Assembly: GCF_018350175.1 (NCBI RefSeq)
Contig: NC_058368.1
Coordinates: 7,874,001 to 7,938,000 of the forward strand
Direction of reading: 5' to 3'
Length of the DNA: 64,000 nt
Origin: Felis catus
Taxonomy: Eukaryota
The notes below the pieces were generated by a model. The model saw nothing but the letters and a program-made list of their open reading frames with translations. It was not told the origin of the DNA and searched no databases. A program made the translations under genes and the position numbers. Position 1 is the stretch's first letter, and every line of letters begins with the position of its first letter. Shown one piece after another: positions 1 through 13,024 of the stretch.

Positions 1-12
1 TGAGAGGCCGGA
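1..12 (+). CDS. PAN3: PAN3 antepenultimate coding exon, 3' end only (..N-E-R-P-E, phase-2 donor)
   Basis: T GAG AGG CCG GA|gtaagg; GA plus the G at 7080 gives Glu and continues in frame into FQKDPTWSETG, matching the PAN3 motif NERPEFQKDPTWSETGDRY. Confidence 0.85.
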
Positions 13-963
13 GTAAGGATTTACAGTATTTTACAATATGATTTCAACCATATGCACTAACAAGAATGAGTATACCTGATTCTTACTGGTTTTATTTGGA
101 AAGAGAAAAATTCTCATGTGAAGTGACCTTAAGCCTGTTGGTAGCCATTAGGATGCCGTTTTTTAACTACAGCCTAGATGTGGTTGTTCTTAGGGATTCC
201 ACACACACATACCCATACAGAAAAGAGACTGTTAGAAAGCTCCATTGTGGTTTATGCATGAGGGAACATTTTATGACTGTCAGTACTGCCTCTACCCTGT
301 CTCCTTTTTGAAGCTTGCTCAGTTCAGTTTACCTTAGTCAGATTAGAGATTTCAGACATGTCTAATTGTTGCATGCCCCTTATCTTCCATTTAAGAACAT
401 CACATAAACAATACATACAGCTGTCATATCGGTGACACTGGAAAGGCCTTGCCACCCTTCATTATTTGTCATTTAGTTCTGCCTCATTTGTAAGTTAAAG
501 TTTATCGTACGTTCAAGAAAGGAGAGTTGACGTCTGTACTAAATAGTAACTGTCAAAGACAGGTTGAACAGTATTATAGCTACTTTCACTGTAGTATAAG
601 TTCTGTTTCAGGAATGTTACCTCTGTTGATAGAGATAGGTGACACATAAATACCGCTTGAGGGATTTTGTTTTTGACGACAAAATTCATATTCACTTACC
701 TTTCTTCACAGTTACAAAACTCAATTTGTATTTTCCCTGATAATGTTTCTAAGTGAAGAGAAGATGACAACAACAACAAAAAACCCCCCAAAAACCCTTC
801 AAGTTGTTTCTTCTGGCATTTTTCTCTTTATTTAAAAATAATATGCTTATGATACTATTGCTTGATTTTTTTTTTTTTTTAAGTATTTAACTCAGCTAAT
901 GACTTTGTCCTGTGTAGGATGAGGCTTTATCTTTCATACCCCCTTTCCTTAACCAAACATGCA

Positions 964-990
964 CACTCACTCACTCACTCACTCACTCAC
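964..990. repeat. (CACT)n microsatellite
   Basis: About 7 tandem CACT units. Confidence 0.9.
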
Positions 991-1904
991 ATTCTACCAT
1001 TGAACCCATAAGTTTTGAGTTAAAAGTGTTGACATTAGTCTAACGGGGTAAATACTGTTCATAGCTGCACCACAGAGTAAACCATGACTATATTTCCTTT
1101 CTTTTGTATTTTGTTTTTTGATTTTTGTTTTCCTCGGGCTAATAATTGCCTTATTATAGAACTCTAATAAGCAAATGAAAAAATATTGACCACCACTTTA
1201 TTCCAGACTTTTTGCCCGAGTTACGAAACACCTTCCCATATGGTCAAAAATAGGTAACCTATCAGTTCCTTTTTTTTCTCCCCCTTAGAGAAATTGCCCC
1301 CGGAGCCTCTGTCCTTCTGTTCCTATCTGGGCTGGTTGAGCTCTAAGCCTGCTCACACTCACACTTTAGAACTGGAGCTTCCCTTCACTATTATCCTGGG
1401 AATTCTCATTGTCTCTCCCTTTGTGTTGGATACCCTGTTTCTTGCTTTTTTCCTTGATTTATTCTTTTGATCTATTGGAGCACATCCTCCTGTAGCTTCC
1501 TGAGAAGCTTTTTTGAGTCTTTGTAAGTCTGAAAATATCTTTATTCTATTTTTACACTTATTGACAATATAACTGGGTATAAAATTCTAGACTGTCCTTG
1601 GAAAATTCTTTTTATTAATTTTGAATAGGTTAATATGAACCAGTTTTTTAAAACGTAGAAAAGGGTTTGCAGTGGGAAAAAATCTCTCATACCTGTAACA
1701 TCCCCAGTCTCTCCCTTTTCTCCCACTAATCTTTATTTTATATTCTTCCTGAGTTACAATGATACATTCTTAATTCCTTTCATCCCCTCCTCACTTTTTA
1801 ATATATACAAATTGTAAACCATGCAGTGTTCTGTATGTTCCTTTTTCTTTATTAACTATATTTTGGAAATCTTTTTGTTTAGGTATGTTTAGTGTATACC
1901 AAAC

Positions 1905-2121
1905 ACTATTCTCAATAGTTTACAAATATGTCCCAACTCAATCCTCGTAACTACCTTGTGATACAGGTACTATTAGTCTTCTCGATTAACAGAGATGTGT
2001 GGGCATAGAGAGGTGAAATACCTTTTCCAGGGTCACATAATAAGTGAGCATCTGAGCCAGAATTCAAATCCAGACAGTATGGTTCCAGAGTCCATGCTCT
2101 GAACCACTATGCTATGCCTCC
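1905..2121 (-). mobile_element. MIR SINE
   Basis: MIR-core-like gagaggtgaaataccttttccagggtcaca...gagccagaattcaaatccagacagt. Confidence 0.7.
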
Positions 2122-2964
2122 ATAATTTATAGCCATGTGTAGTAGTCCATTCTGTGGACATGCTGTAATTTATTGCTCTAGTTCCTGATCAGTAGGCATT
2201 TGAGTTGTTTTTACTGTTTTGCTGGTATAATCAGTGCTGCAGGGACTGACTTCTGCATACTTAATTGTACGTGTGCATAAAGATAGACCCAGTTGTGGTT
2301 GTTAGGTCTGTGGATATGTGACCGTAAACCCTTGCAGAGAGCCTTTTACCAACAGTACTTCTTCAAGCTTGTGGATTTTTGTCTACCTGATGGATGCGAA
2401 ATTGAATCTCAGTGCAGTTTTATTTTGTATTTACTCTTAATGAGCATGTTGCTTGTCATTTTTATGTTTTTGATCTGTTTCTGTTTCCTTTTTTTTCTTT
2501 GTTCGTATTGTTGGCTCATTTTTATTTCCAGTTGAATTGTCTGTCGTTTTGATTTATAGGAGCTGGAGAGATTTGTCCTTTTTGATCATTTTCTTTTTAA
2601 TTTGTCATTTCTCTTTTGACTGCTCAGTTTTTTTTTCCATGCAGACATTTGTATACATAGTGTAATTGATCAAACTTCTTTTATCCTTTTGGGTTTTGAA
2701 TCATAGTTAGAAAGGCCTTTTCTACGGGAATTTCCTCATTGTTTCTTCTAGTGTACTTACGGTTTTATTTTTTTCCCATATTAAATTTTTATGTATTTGG
2801 AATGTTTATAGGATATAAGGTATGTATTCAGCTCCCCCACCCTTCCCTCTCAGAAGACTCTCCAGTGGCCCAAAAGCTACTTATTGAATAGTCTAGCTTT
2901 TCCCCACTGGTTTAAGACAGTACTTCTTTCACATTAATGTTTGAATGACTGTCATTTCTTTGGA

Positions 2965-3106
2965 ATGTTTGCTTATTTATTGAGAGAGAGTGAGTAAGCA
3001 AGTGAGCAGGGGAGGGGCAGAGAGAGAGAGAGAGAGGGAGGGAGGGAAGGAGAGAGAGAGAATCCCAAGCATGGTTGCTTTACTGACTGAGCTAACCAGG
3101 CACCCC
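2965..3106 (-). mobile_element. Can-SINE with internal deletion
   Basis: (GA)n tract and aatcccaagca joined almost directly to the tRNA head actgactgagctaaccaggcacccc. Confidence 0.75.
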
Positions 3107-4240
3107 TTCATGACTAACTTTTTTTTTTTTGGATGACATTTTAAAATCTGGTAGTGTTCATTCTTTCTCAGCTTCATTTCATTGTTTTTTGTTGTTTCCT
3201 AAAACTGTTTAATTTTCTGTATAAATTCTAGAATCAGCTTTTTTAGTTAAAAAAAATCTATAAACCTGGTGGTATTTTTATTTTATAAGATGACATGTTT
3301 ATTATTAAACTTAAGGAGCATATGTGTTTGTAGATGTTGAGTTTCGTAACCACGACAATGGTATATATCGTTGAATTCATTCACACCTACTATACTGTCT
3401 GTCCTTCAGTGCTTAAGTTGTTCTTATGTTGTTGTGGCACACTAAGTTTACTAGGTATTTTTTTTTCTTGTTGCTGTTGTCAATGGGAATCCCCTCCCTT
3501 CCCCCCACCCCTGCCATTCTTTCTTCTTAGATTGCCTATTATCGGTACACGTGAAATTTATCAATTTCTGTAAAATTTGTGCCCAGATAACCTTAGTGTT
3601 TGGATAGTTTTTCGCTAGATTTCTTGGGTTTCCCCGATACAGAGTCATATCTTCAAATAATTGTAGTTACATTTCCTACTTTCTAATTTCGATAGTTTCC
3701 GTTGCTTTGGAGTGATTGTGTTAGCTAGTATCTCTAGTACATAGTTAAGTAATAGTAGTGATAATTTCTGTCAGAATTTGAAGCTTTGCTCCACTGTCTT
3801 TTAACTTCCGGATTCAAATCTATTTTCTTTTCAAACCCTTCCCCTTCCTCTGTGCTTTTAGGATCTTCTCTTTATTGATGTTCAGAAATGCAAAGTGAGA
3901 TGCCTTGGTGTAGGGTTTTTTATTCATTCTGATGAATCAGCAGGGTGGGCAGGCCCTTTTAATCTTGGAAACGTAGGTCTTTCAGCTCTGAGAAGTTGTC
4001 TTCATTGTTTCTTTGATAGCTTCTCTCTTTGGGATTCCTGTTACTCAGATATTAGACCATCGTCATTAATTTTCTAATATTCTCTTCTGTTTTCTGTACT
4101 GTATTTTTTTGTTCTACTTTTGAGGTAATTATCTCAACTTACTTTGTCTAAAAATAAAGGTTTTTTTCCCAATCCTTCGAATTTTTAAGCTTCTGCTGTC
4201 ATAATTTTAATTTTCAAGAACTTTCTGTTTTCTAAATGCT

Positions 4241-4465
4241 TTTCTTTAATGTTCAGTCATTTTTGAGAGAGAGAGAGAGAGGGAGGGAGAGAGCGAACGA
4301 GCATGATCGGGGGAGGGGCAGAGACCGAGAGTGGAGTACAAAGGATCAGAAGCCGTCTCTGTGTTGGCAGCTGTGAGCCTGATGCGGGGCTCAAACTTAT
4401 GAGCCATGAGATCCTGACCTGAGCTGAAGTTGGACGCTCAACCGGCTGAGCCACCCAGGCGCCCC
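4241..4465 (-). mobile_element. Can-SINE
   Basis: Head ..gagccacccaggcgcccc, (GA)n tract, tctaaatg on both flanks. Confidence 0.9.
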
Positions 4466-4667
4466 TCTCTAAATGGTTCTGTCTTACAGCATCTAATTCT
4501 TGTTTGTGCAAGAGTCTCACTTACAGATTTTGGTTAGGTTTTTTGTTGTTGTTGTTCTAAGTTTTGTTCTGTTCCCTGCAGTGTCTTATAGGAAATGAGT
4601 TTCTTCTGTTTCATTCTCCAGTGGATTTCTGATCCTGGCTATGTGTTCATGTTGAAAGTAATCTTTT

Positions 4668-4790
4668 GGGAGTACTTGGCTGGCTCAGTGAGAAGCGTAT
4701 GCGACTCTTGATCTTGGGGTCGTCAGTTCAAGCCCTGCGTTGGGTGTGGAAATTACTAAAAAGCTAAGTAAATAAAATTTTAAAGAAATT
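4668..4790 (+). mobile_element. Short tRNA-derived Can-SINE (no CT tract)
   Basis: tggctggctcagt...gactcttgatcttggggtcgtcagttcaagccc plus A-rich tail. Confidence 0.75.
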
Positions 4791-5609
4791 TAAAGAATTT
4801 CATCTAAAAAGCTACTGATAAGTTCCTGGTGGTGTCAGAGATTGTAGAATGTGTGGTAAAGCAGTGTGATGCTGTGATGTATAATTTTTGTTTGTTTTTG
4901 GTATACTCTTAAGTGTCAGAATTTCCCTTGGGCAAGTTAGCATCCGGAAAATAACCTTCCAACCTTCTGTCTGTAGTATAAATTCGTGGTCAAGCTTTGG
5001 ATGGCCAAGTAGCCACGAGGGGTTGACTGAATGGTCTCACCTGCCATCGCTTGCTCTTCTTGGCACCCTGGGGCGGGAGCGTCTTTGTTCACCCTGTCTA
5101 GAGAGATTTCCGGTACCTTTTCTGGAAAATTTCTGCAGAGCAGAAATGGAGGCAGGGATGGGAGAGAGGTTATCTACTTGTTATTTACAGAATTTTCCGT
5201 CAATTCTGCTGTGTCCGCCTTGAGCCCATACGGCGCTTTCAGTAGTACCTAATGATTTCCCTGCCTGGCCTCACGGCGATGGCCCCCTTCTGTGGCTTCC
5301 CCTTCTTGTGCCTTCTGTAGCGTTAGCGGTCAGTTTCTTCAAGTCAGCCCCTCATACCACTTACCAGCCTGTTTTTCATCTTTCCGATTTTTCTTCGTGG
5401 ATTTTTCTTCTTTTGTTGCTTCTGATCACTTTGTCCTTGTGTGTTTATTATATCCTTTATTAGACATTCATTGCCAATTTGGTGGGGTTTTCAGAGGAAA
5501 CAGAGATAAATGGATGTGTTTAATTAGCGTTTTAATGGACAGTCCCTGGAGTGATCTTTGCAGAACTCTTAGGATTGTGTTTAAACCCAAATGGTGGGCT
5601 TTCCATCTG

Positions 5610-5803
5610 TTTTTAAGTTTATTTATTAACTTTGAGAGAGAGAGAGAGAAAGAGTGTGTGGGAGGGAGGAGCAGAGAGAGAGACAGAGAGAGAGAGAATC
5701 CCAAGCAGGCTCTGCATTGTCAGTGCGCAGCCCTGCACACTGTGAGATCGTGATCTGAGCCAAAACCAAGGATGCTTCACTGACTTAGCCACCCAGGTGC
5801 CCC
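5610..5803 (-). mobile_element. Can-SINE
   Basis: (GA)n, aatcccaagcaggctc, ..agccacccaggtgcccc; tccatct on both flanks. Confidence 0.9.
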
Positions 5804-6639
5804 TCCATCTCGTTCTTAGAAAACACCTAGTTTTTTAACCAAGACTGCATAGCCTGATCTCTCTCTTCTTATCTTTGCTTCAGATATGTCTTTTTTTTTC
5901 TTTTAATTTTCTTCTTCCCTGTCTTGCCTTCTGTCCCTCTTTGCGCTGGTCTTTTCTCTTCCCCCCTCCTTGCTCTTACTCTGTGTCCCTCTCTTGGCCT
6001 CTCTCTTTTCCTCCTCTCAGCCCCTTCCAACCACACTGACCTTTGTTAAGTTTCTGAAGTGCGGCATGCTCTGTCCTTGCAAATACTGATGCCTCTGACT
6101 AGGGTGTCCTTCCTCTGGGAGGAACATCCACTGCTTCCTCTGGAGAGCCTTCTTTGTCCTCCTAGGTGAATTCACGTTCCGTACCGTTTCCCTTTTTCTT
6201 AATGGCATTATCAAAATATGCACTTAAAACATGTTTTGGTTCTTTGAACATCTGTTTTCCTCACTAGATCGTAAGTTCCAGAGGTCACTGGACACTAACT
6301 GATCGTCTGGTCAGTTCTCTGGTTCTTCACAGCTCATTCTCACATCCGCTCATGATGGGAGGAAACCAAAATCTACCCACTTTTTGTTTCCTTAAACATT
6401 TTTCTGTTTTTTGCTGCCAGTAAAGTAGAAGACACATCTGATCTTACCTCTCTACTCTATATCCTAAAGGTGAGAAGAGGAAAAGAATAATCTCTTTCAA
6501 CTTATTTCTAAAGATTTTTAAAGACATTTTCTTTTCCCTCCATTTACCTAAGGAAGTGATTATAAAATAGGAGTGTGTAAGGGTCGGTTACCCTTAAGAA
6601 ATAGAAACTGGGTTTCATATACTTTCACGTTCTATGAAA

Positions 6640-6829
6640 TTATTATTTTTTTTAAAGTTTATTTATTTACTTAGAGCACCCAAGCAAGGGAGGGGCAGAG
6701 GGAGAAGTCGATAATCCCAAGGAGGCTCCCTGCTGTCATCACAGAGCCCGATCTCAGGAACTGTGAGATCAAGACCGGAGGCGAGATCAAGAGTCAGAGG
6801 CTTAACTGACTGAGCCACCCAGGGGCCCC
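6640..6829 (-). mobile_element. Can-SINE
   Basis: ..cttaactgactgagccacccaggggcccc head, T-rich tail. Confidence 0.85.
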
Positions 6830-7079
6830 ATGAAGTTTTTTTTTTAATATTTGGCAGTTGGCACAAAATTTGAAAAAGGCCAATTTTTTTAGCCTCCCTA
6901 TAACTTCTGGAGGATTAAAAAAAAACCCGTAAAACACTACACACACGGACACAGACACACAAACGGTACTTAACTTATTTATCAGAGAAAACAATCAAAC
7001 TAGTGTTGAGTCTGAAGAATCAACATAGCCATGTGGCATACAGCATGAGTTACTGAGGTAAAATATTACCTTCCCCCAG

Positions 7080-7218
7080 GTTTCAGAAGGATCCTACCTG
7101 GTCGGAGACTGGAGACCGTTACCTGTTGAAACTCTTTAGGGATCATCTTTTCCATCAGGTGACAGAAGCGGGTGCCCCTTGGATTGACCTCAGTCATATC
7201 ATTTCTTGTCTTAACAAG
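7080..7218 (+). CDS. PAN3: PAN3 penultimate coding exon (C-terminal knob domain)
   Basis: ttcccccag|G ... AAG|gtaatt; 139 nt; reads FQKDPTWSETGDRYLLKLFRDHLFHQVTEAGAPWIDLSHIISCLNK. Confidence 0.97.
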
Positions 7219-7839
7219 GTAATTTGTATCTGGATTTTTAAGATCACAATGCAAAGTTGTGTTTTCTATAAATACTAAGAGACTTAAGAAGTTAGATGTA
7301 TTCTCTGCAGCCAAAAGACATTTTATTAATAATTATTAGGTGTATCTACTTAGTAACAGTTTCTAGACTTGGCAGGCCTTTTTGACATCTTCATGAATAA
7401 TTATAGACTTTTTCATCGTGGATCTTCTTATTGTGATAAAACGTCACAAAAGCAGTGGGTGGGAAAAACAAAAATTTTATGTTTAAGTATTTTTTTAACA
7501 GTTGAATTGCTTTCTTGTGAGTCTCATGTTGGATGTCCCTACATGTTATCTGTTCATTTACTGTTCACTGTGGGCAGAGTAATACAATATTGCAATAATA
7601 AAAGCACAGTAGGCCCCGTGTTCTAAGTGGAGAATTAGGTGATGACATGAACTAAGTAGATGGAGACACGTCATAAATTCACTGGAGAGGTGAACTTTTG
7701 TTTTTGAAAGGGCTAGGAGAGAAACGGTTCACAGAGGAAGGAAGGAATGCATTTTCCTTATGAATTACTTGGAATTACAGAGTGTAGAATGGGTCTCCAG
7801 AAGTAAACATTAGTCTTTGTATGTAGGTTTATATCTAAA

Positions 7840-8112
7840 TCTCAAAGGTCTGCAAACTGGGCAGACAGACAGCCTGTTTTTTTGTTTTTGTTTGCAGGGT
7901 TTTTTTTGTTTTTGTTTTTGTTTTTGTTTTTTTGTAGAGTCTGCAAGTTAAGAATTTTTTTTACATTTTCAAAAGACTGAAAACAAATAGCAGAAGCAAA
8001 ACTAAAAAGAATATGTGACAGAGACTGTATGCGGCCCTGAAATTTAAGGCATTTACTGTCTGGCCATCTTTATGGAAACTGACCCCTGGTCAGTTTATTT
8101 GCTGATCCCTGG
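7840..8112. mobile_element. MER58-like hAT-Charlie DNA transposon remnant
   Basis: ggtctgcaaact start; atgtgacagagactgtatgcggcc...atttactgtctggcc...ttgctgatccctg end. Confidence 0.65.
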
Positions 8113-9300
8113 TCTAAACTGTCCCTAAATTACAAGTACTGGAGGAGAAAGTGCCTCATGGCACATGGTGTAGAATTGTTGGTGTTCAGTGTGCTAACTG
8201 TTCAGGGAGAATGTGGTTTTCGTTTTTAAGCACTCCTTTGCCTTGTTTGAATTTCCTTCAAACCCTTTAAAGAGAGTGTTGTCAATAATCGACATTAAGA
8301 CAGAACAAACTGAATGTACCATTGAGCTAATCAGCATGACATGTGTTTGTTTGCCCTTTCCCTTAAGGGGAAAACATTTTTCTTAAAAGCAATGAGTGGA
8401 GAATAATTCTACCAGAGTTTAGAAAATGGTATCCGTGTATCAGAGCACCAGTAATTAAAAATACGTAGCGCTAGTTAAACTGACAGCTAGATCCCGTGAA
8501 ATCAAGCCATGGACAGATAGGTATCTGAAGTGAAGATTATTTAATGAATGTGAGGATAATTAAAAACTTGAAAATTCTGTTTGACTTCATAAAATAACTA
8601 GGAGTAAATAAAATTTATCCCAAATCTGAAAATGTGGTAATTTTCTAAGTTTGGGAAGAGTGTATGTAGCATGGATGGCCATATTGGTGATCTAAAAATT
8701 AAAATTTTACATAGCGTATTTTGGTGGGGATTACAACAAATTAAGCTGGTAAAGTGATTTGAAAGTTTGAACGTTCGGAATTAGTAACTTGTAAACATTT
8801 TAATGAATGAATGAGTGAAAAGGAAGGAAAATGTACATTGAAAACTAACCCAAGAAAGGGAAAACCTAACAAGATAATTTATTTGATGGACTAAGGATTA
8901 ATATAAATGCTTTATAAAGACCTCATTAAAATATTACTACCAAATCTTGACAGATAAATGGGTAAAGAGCATAAACTGGCATTCCCACAAGTGGAAGTAA
9001 CATACGTAAATGTATGAAAACATCTGGTAATACCTGAAAATGTAAATAAAAATATCAAGGCGTGCATTTGATACGGAGCTGCTTGTAAATTGGTACAACT
9101 CATAAATCAGTGGTTTCTGATACTTTGGAAAGCAGTTTAGCCCTATGTGTTCAGCTATAAAATTATTTGTACTTTTTGGCTCATTGTTGATATTTGTAAG
9201 TATTTCTCCTAAGGAAGTAATTCCACGGAAGAAAAAAAATTAAGTAGGCGAGTGTGTTCGTCGCACTAGAATTCGTCATGCCAAAAAGCTGGAATATATT

Positions 9301-9416
9301 GGGGCGCCTGGCTGGCCCGGTTGGTAGAGCATGTGGCTCTTGATCTCTGGGTCATGAGTTCAAGCCCCACATTGGGCGTGGAGCTTACTTTACAAAACAA
9401 AACAGAACAACAAAAA
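9301..9416 (+). mobile_element. Short tRNA-derived Can-SINE
   Basis: ggggcgcctggctggc..ggtagagcatgtggctcttgatctc..gagttcaagcccc plus A/C-rich tail. Confidence 0.85.
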
Positions 9417-9677
9417 CGGAAAGTATTGGGGGAATAATTAAATGATGGAATATAATGCAAACAAGTGTGAAGTATGGAAGCTAGGTGGAAACACAGGACT
9501 GCTTAAAAAACATCCCAGCGGAGAAGTGTGCACACTGACGAGCGTGTGCATCTAGAAGGGAACAGCACAGAAATTTTAAGATATTTGTCAGTGTGGCAAA
9601 AGTTGTCCTAAAATAGATAAAGTGGACTGTCTTCTGCCTGGTATGAACTTCGTATTTTGTGTCTCCGTCTGTTTCAG

Positions 9678-9818
9678 TTAGATGCTGGCGTGCCAGAAAA
9701 AATAAGCCTCATTTCCAGAGACGAGAAGAGCGTACTTGTGGTGACTTACAGTGACTTAAAGCGCTGCTTTGAAAACACTTTCCAGGAACTGATTGCAGCT
9801 GCGAATGGGCAGTTGTAG
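9678..9818 (+). CDS. PAN3: PAN3 last coding exon to stop
   Basis: gtttcag|TTA; reads LDAGVPEKISLISRDEKSVLVVTYSDLKRCFENTFQELIAAANGQL then TAG at 9816-9818. Confidence 0.97.
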   Translation, partial: LDAGVPEKISLISRDEKSVLVVTYSDLKRCFENTFQELIAAANGQL

Positions 9819-12655
9819 TATTGGCTGAAAGAGCACGCAGGACACGGCTGAGGACCTTACCCGATAGCAAATTGCACTCCGGCTGAACTGGTCTCATCCT
9901 CTCCTTCCACCTTTGGGAAACCCGACAGGAGATGAGCAGGCTGCTTGCACTTCAGTCAGGTACACTGCTACTCGAAAGGAAGAATGTCCCACTTGGCCTA
10001 GAGCTGTGGCTGCCACGGGGCCGGATCTGTGAAGAATACTTTAGATCAAGGAGCGCCACCAGGTGGATGGCGTTCCAGCTGTTGTGTTTTTCCACTTGTA
10101 TATGCACTAATTTTAATTTTTTAAAGACTTTTTTCTGATCTTGGAACTTTTGCCACATTGTATACTTACGTATTAAGGGAAACTGTTTGCAAGGACATTT
10201 TTGGGAAACAATGATGGGCAGCATTTTTGTCACTGAGGGTTGCAGAATTTGCTCTTTGGGGGATGGGTTGCCCTGACGGACGTAATGGACCAGGTCAATG
10301 GTTTCACAGAAGCACCGTATGGTGTATAATCCTTGTAAGAGTATTGGATGCAAGCTCTGTATGCCACCGCTGTTAGTTCAAGTGGAGATTTTTGGGTTTT
10401 TGTTTTGTTTTGTTTTTAAGACCAGACAAAAGAGAGATCAGTGGATTGTTGGATACGAACTCCCCTATTAGTAGACTTAGATCCTTTATGACTAAGGATT
10501 GGATACACAGGAACTTACACACAGGAGCACACAGAGCTCTGGGCTCCAGATTCATCCAGAGTCTTTTCTTAAAAAGGTGTTTCCCTGCTCGTCAGACATA
10601 CTTAACATTTATGCAACTTTTTTTTTTTTTTTTTTTTTTAATGGGAAAAAAGGTAAATTGCGTTCAAGGCCTGAAGTTCAGGAGTATATTGCTTTAGATT
10701 ATTTCCAGTTTGCTTTTTTTGTATAAAGTTCTGTTCTCGGAACCACAGCTTTATTATGGTACTTTACACTGGATACAGACACAGAGACACTGTTCGGAAG
10801 GTGAACGAAACACAGCAGTGGTCTGGCATCGAGAGCTTTCTGAAGTTTTACAGCCTGAATCTGGAGGGATAACAATCTGCTGTGCCTTTGCAGTCACTGC
10901 TTAGCCCAAAGTAATAGTACTTTTGATAATAACTTCACTATGTGGGATATTCCTGAATAAGTCAATCTCAAAAGTTTGGAATTTTCCTCCTCTTAACTTT
11001 CTTAATATTTGGACGTGCAGTTGTTGCCAAACTTGGGTATTCGTGGAATTTCTAGTTAACGACACACCTACTCTTTGATACTGAAGACTGCCAAATACAT
11101 AGGAGTTTTCTTTCACAAAAACACAGTAATGAAGACTCTGTCTCCTTTCCCAGCACTGAATGTTTTACTAGCACCGGGTGCTCACCATGCAACTATGAAG
11201 AAAACGTGGAAACTCAGAAGGTCAGGAAAGACTTCCAAGCACTTGCAACTGATGTTACGGTCTTCAATTTTAATAATTGCTCATATTTGTAGTTTTCAGA
11301 GAAGTTTTTAATATTTCTCTGTCCACTTTTTATAAGCTTTAAAATGATTTTCTCTGCCTTGAGATTTGCATCAAGAAAAAAACACCTCTCTTCACCTGAA
11401 AGCTTTGAAGACTAAAGACATGCTTTCCACATTTTAACAAGTGTGTCTGAGTCCACGTTTGGTAGCATCAGTTGTTGAGTTCAAAAGAAAATCAATTACT
11501 GCATTTGATCTGGATGGATTTTACGAGAACATAATGTTCACTGTTCAAAGGATAATTAACATTTGCCACCATAATGTTCTTTTTTTATGTAAAAGGAACC
11601 AGAACTTGGAGACATTAACATGCAAAAGTCTTTTATCATTAGCTCATGTATTTGAGGAAGAGCAGCTGTCTTTTTATATGTTTTTTGACAAATCATATTG
11701 TGATTCTTTTGTACAAAAAAGAACTACTTGTATTCTAGAAGAAATATGAAATGCTTAATTTATAAGCGGGCTGGAGATTTTTTCCAATATTGTTTTCTTT
11801 GAAAATGAAAGGGGATCATCTATTTTAGTTTTGGGGTCTGGGAACTTTTTGAAAATTTAATTTGTGGACCAATGTTTTGTGAAAGCTAATAAGGAAGGGC
11901 AGGGGTAAAATAGGGCTTGAATTTCTCATCCTGTATCGACCAGCAAACTTCCCTCTGCAAGGCAGGTTCAAATCACAAACCCAAGAATGTTTGCATCCTA
12001 AGTGCTAGTTTGCTTCAGCCCCTAGTAACCTCAGGACTTGGCTTGAATATAAAGGTGGACAGCTGATCTGTTTTCATGAGTAAATATTGTCGGCCAGAAA
12101 ACAGTTGGTGTCAGGTAATACATCTTTTTTTTTAAGCTTTGTTTTATATTTATTTTTCATTTAGTTTTTATTGGGAATGGTTTCCAGCAGAACTCTTATT
12201 AGTTCTGCTTAGGTGTTTTTTGGGGGAGCCCTCTTTTCCATAGTGTAATTCCACTTAAGAGGTTGTCTAAAAGTTAGTCTTTTTAATTCATAGGAAGATT
12301 GTAATATCTGAGAGTAGTCAAATTAAGGATACAAACTTCCCACACCTTCCTGTTATGACAGATCAAAGCACAGAAAGGACAACCCTTGAAATCATGTAAC
12401 GTTGGTCATTTCAATTTTTTGTACCTATTTTAAATTCTGTTAGTGTATTTACTTCATTGTAAATATTTTTGAGGGTACCTTTGTATTTTGCTTTTGACCT
12501 TGGTTCTGTGGTTTGGATGTCAACAACTTCCCTAAAAGCACCAGTATGTTAAGTTCTAATGTCATGACCCCAATATGGGTTATTCATCTTTAATCCTGTT
12601 TTCAGTCTCTATGTGTACAGCAATATTTTTAATAAAGAATTACAGAGAAGTTTGT
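9819..12655 (+). other. PAN3: PAN3 3'UTR (about 2.8 kb; end approximate)
   Basis: AU-rich stretch with no recognisable transposon from the stop codon to the AATAAA at 12631; SINEs resume at about 13025. Confidence 0.8.
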
Positions 12656-12668
12656 CCTTTTGGGGGGT
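12614..12668 (+). terminator. PAN3: PAN3 polyadenylation signal
   Basis: TGTA 12614-12617, AATAAA 12631-12636, downstream GT/T-rich gtttgtccttttggggggt. Confidence 0.8.
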
Positions 12669-13024
12669 ACCAGTTCATTTCACGAGGTTAAGTTTGTCTT
12701 ATGTCCAGGATTTAAAAGGCCGAACATTTCCTGTGTGTTTGGAGGAATTGTTGGTGGCAGGTTTATTCCTTAGTTTACCAGATATCCGCTCGGTGCCTAC
12801 TTGGATCTATTTTGGGTACTGAGAATGCAGATACCAGAACTTGCTATTTATAAAGTACCTAGTTCTACCCAAACATTTCTATATAACACATGGCTTACAG
12901 TGTAGTTTCGGAAGAAGATATGGCTAGCTTCTGATTCAGTACTTGGGTGATTTACTATACAGGTGAAGAGTACCCTTCCCCCCAAGTCCTCCAGAAACAT
13001 TATTCAGACTATGAGGTAGGTTCG

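Larger units (their letters stand above)
2150..5540 (-). mobile_element. Degraded old L1 (L1M-like) fragments interrupted by SINEs; limits approximate
   Basis: T-rich antisense L1-like phrases (ttgagcatgtt.., ttagaaaggccttt.., ggtggtatttttatt.., gatttcttgggtttcccc); not aligned. Confidence 0.45.

Noticed and set aside
9301..9416. tRNA-like sequence with A and B boxes (also 4668-4790)
   Set aside because: tRNA-derived SINE head with an A-rich tail; no intact acceptor stem
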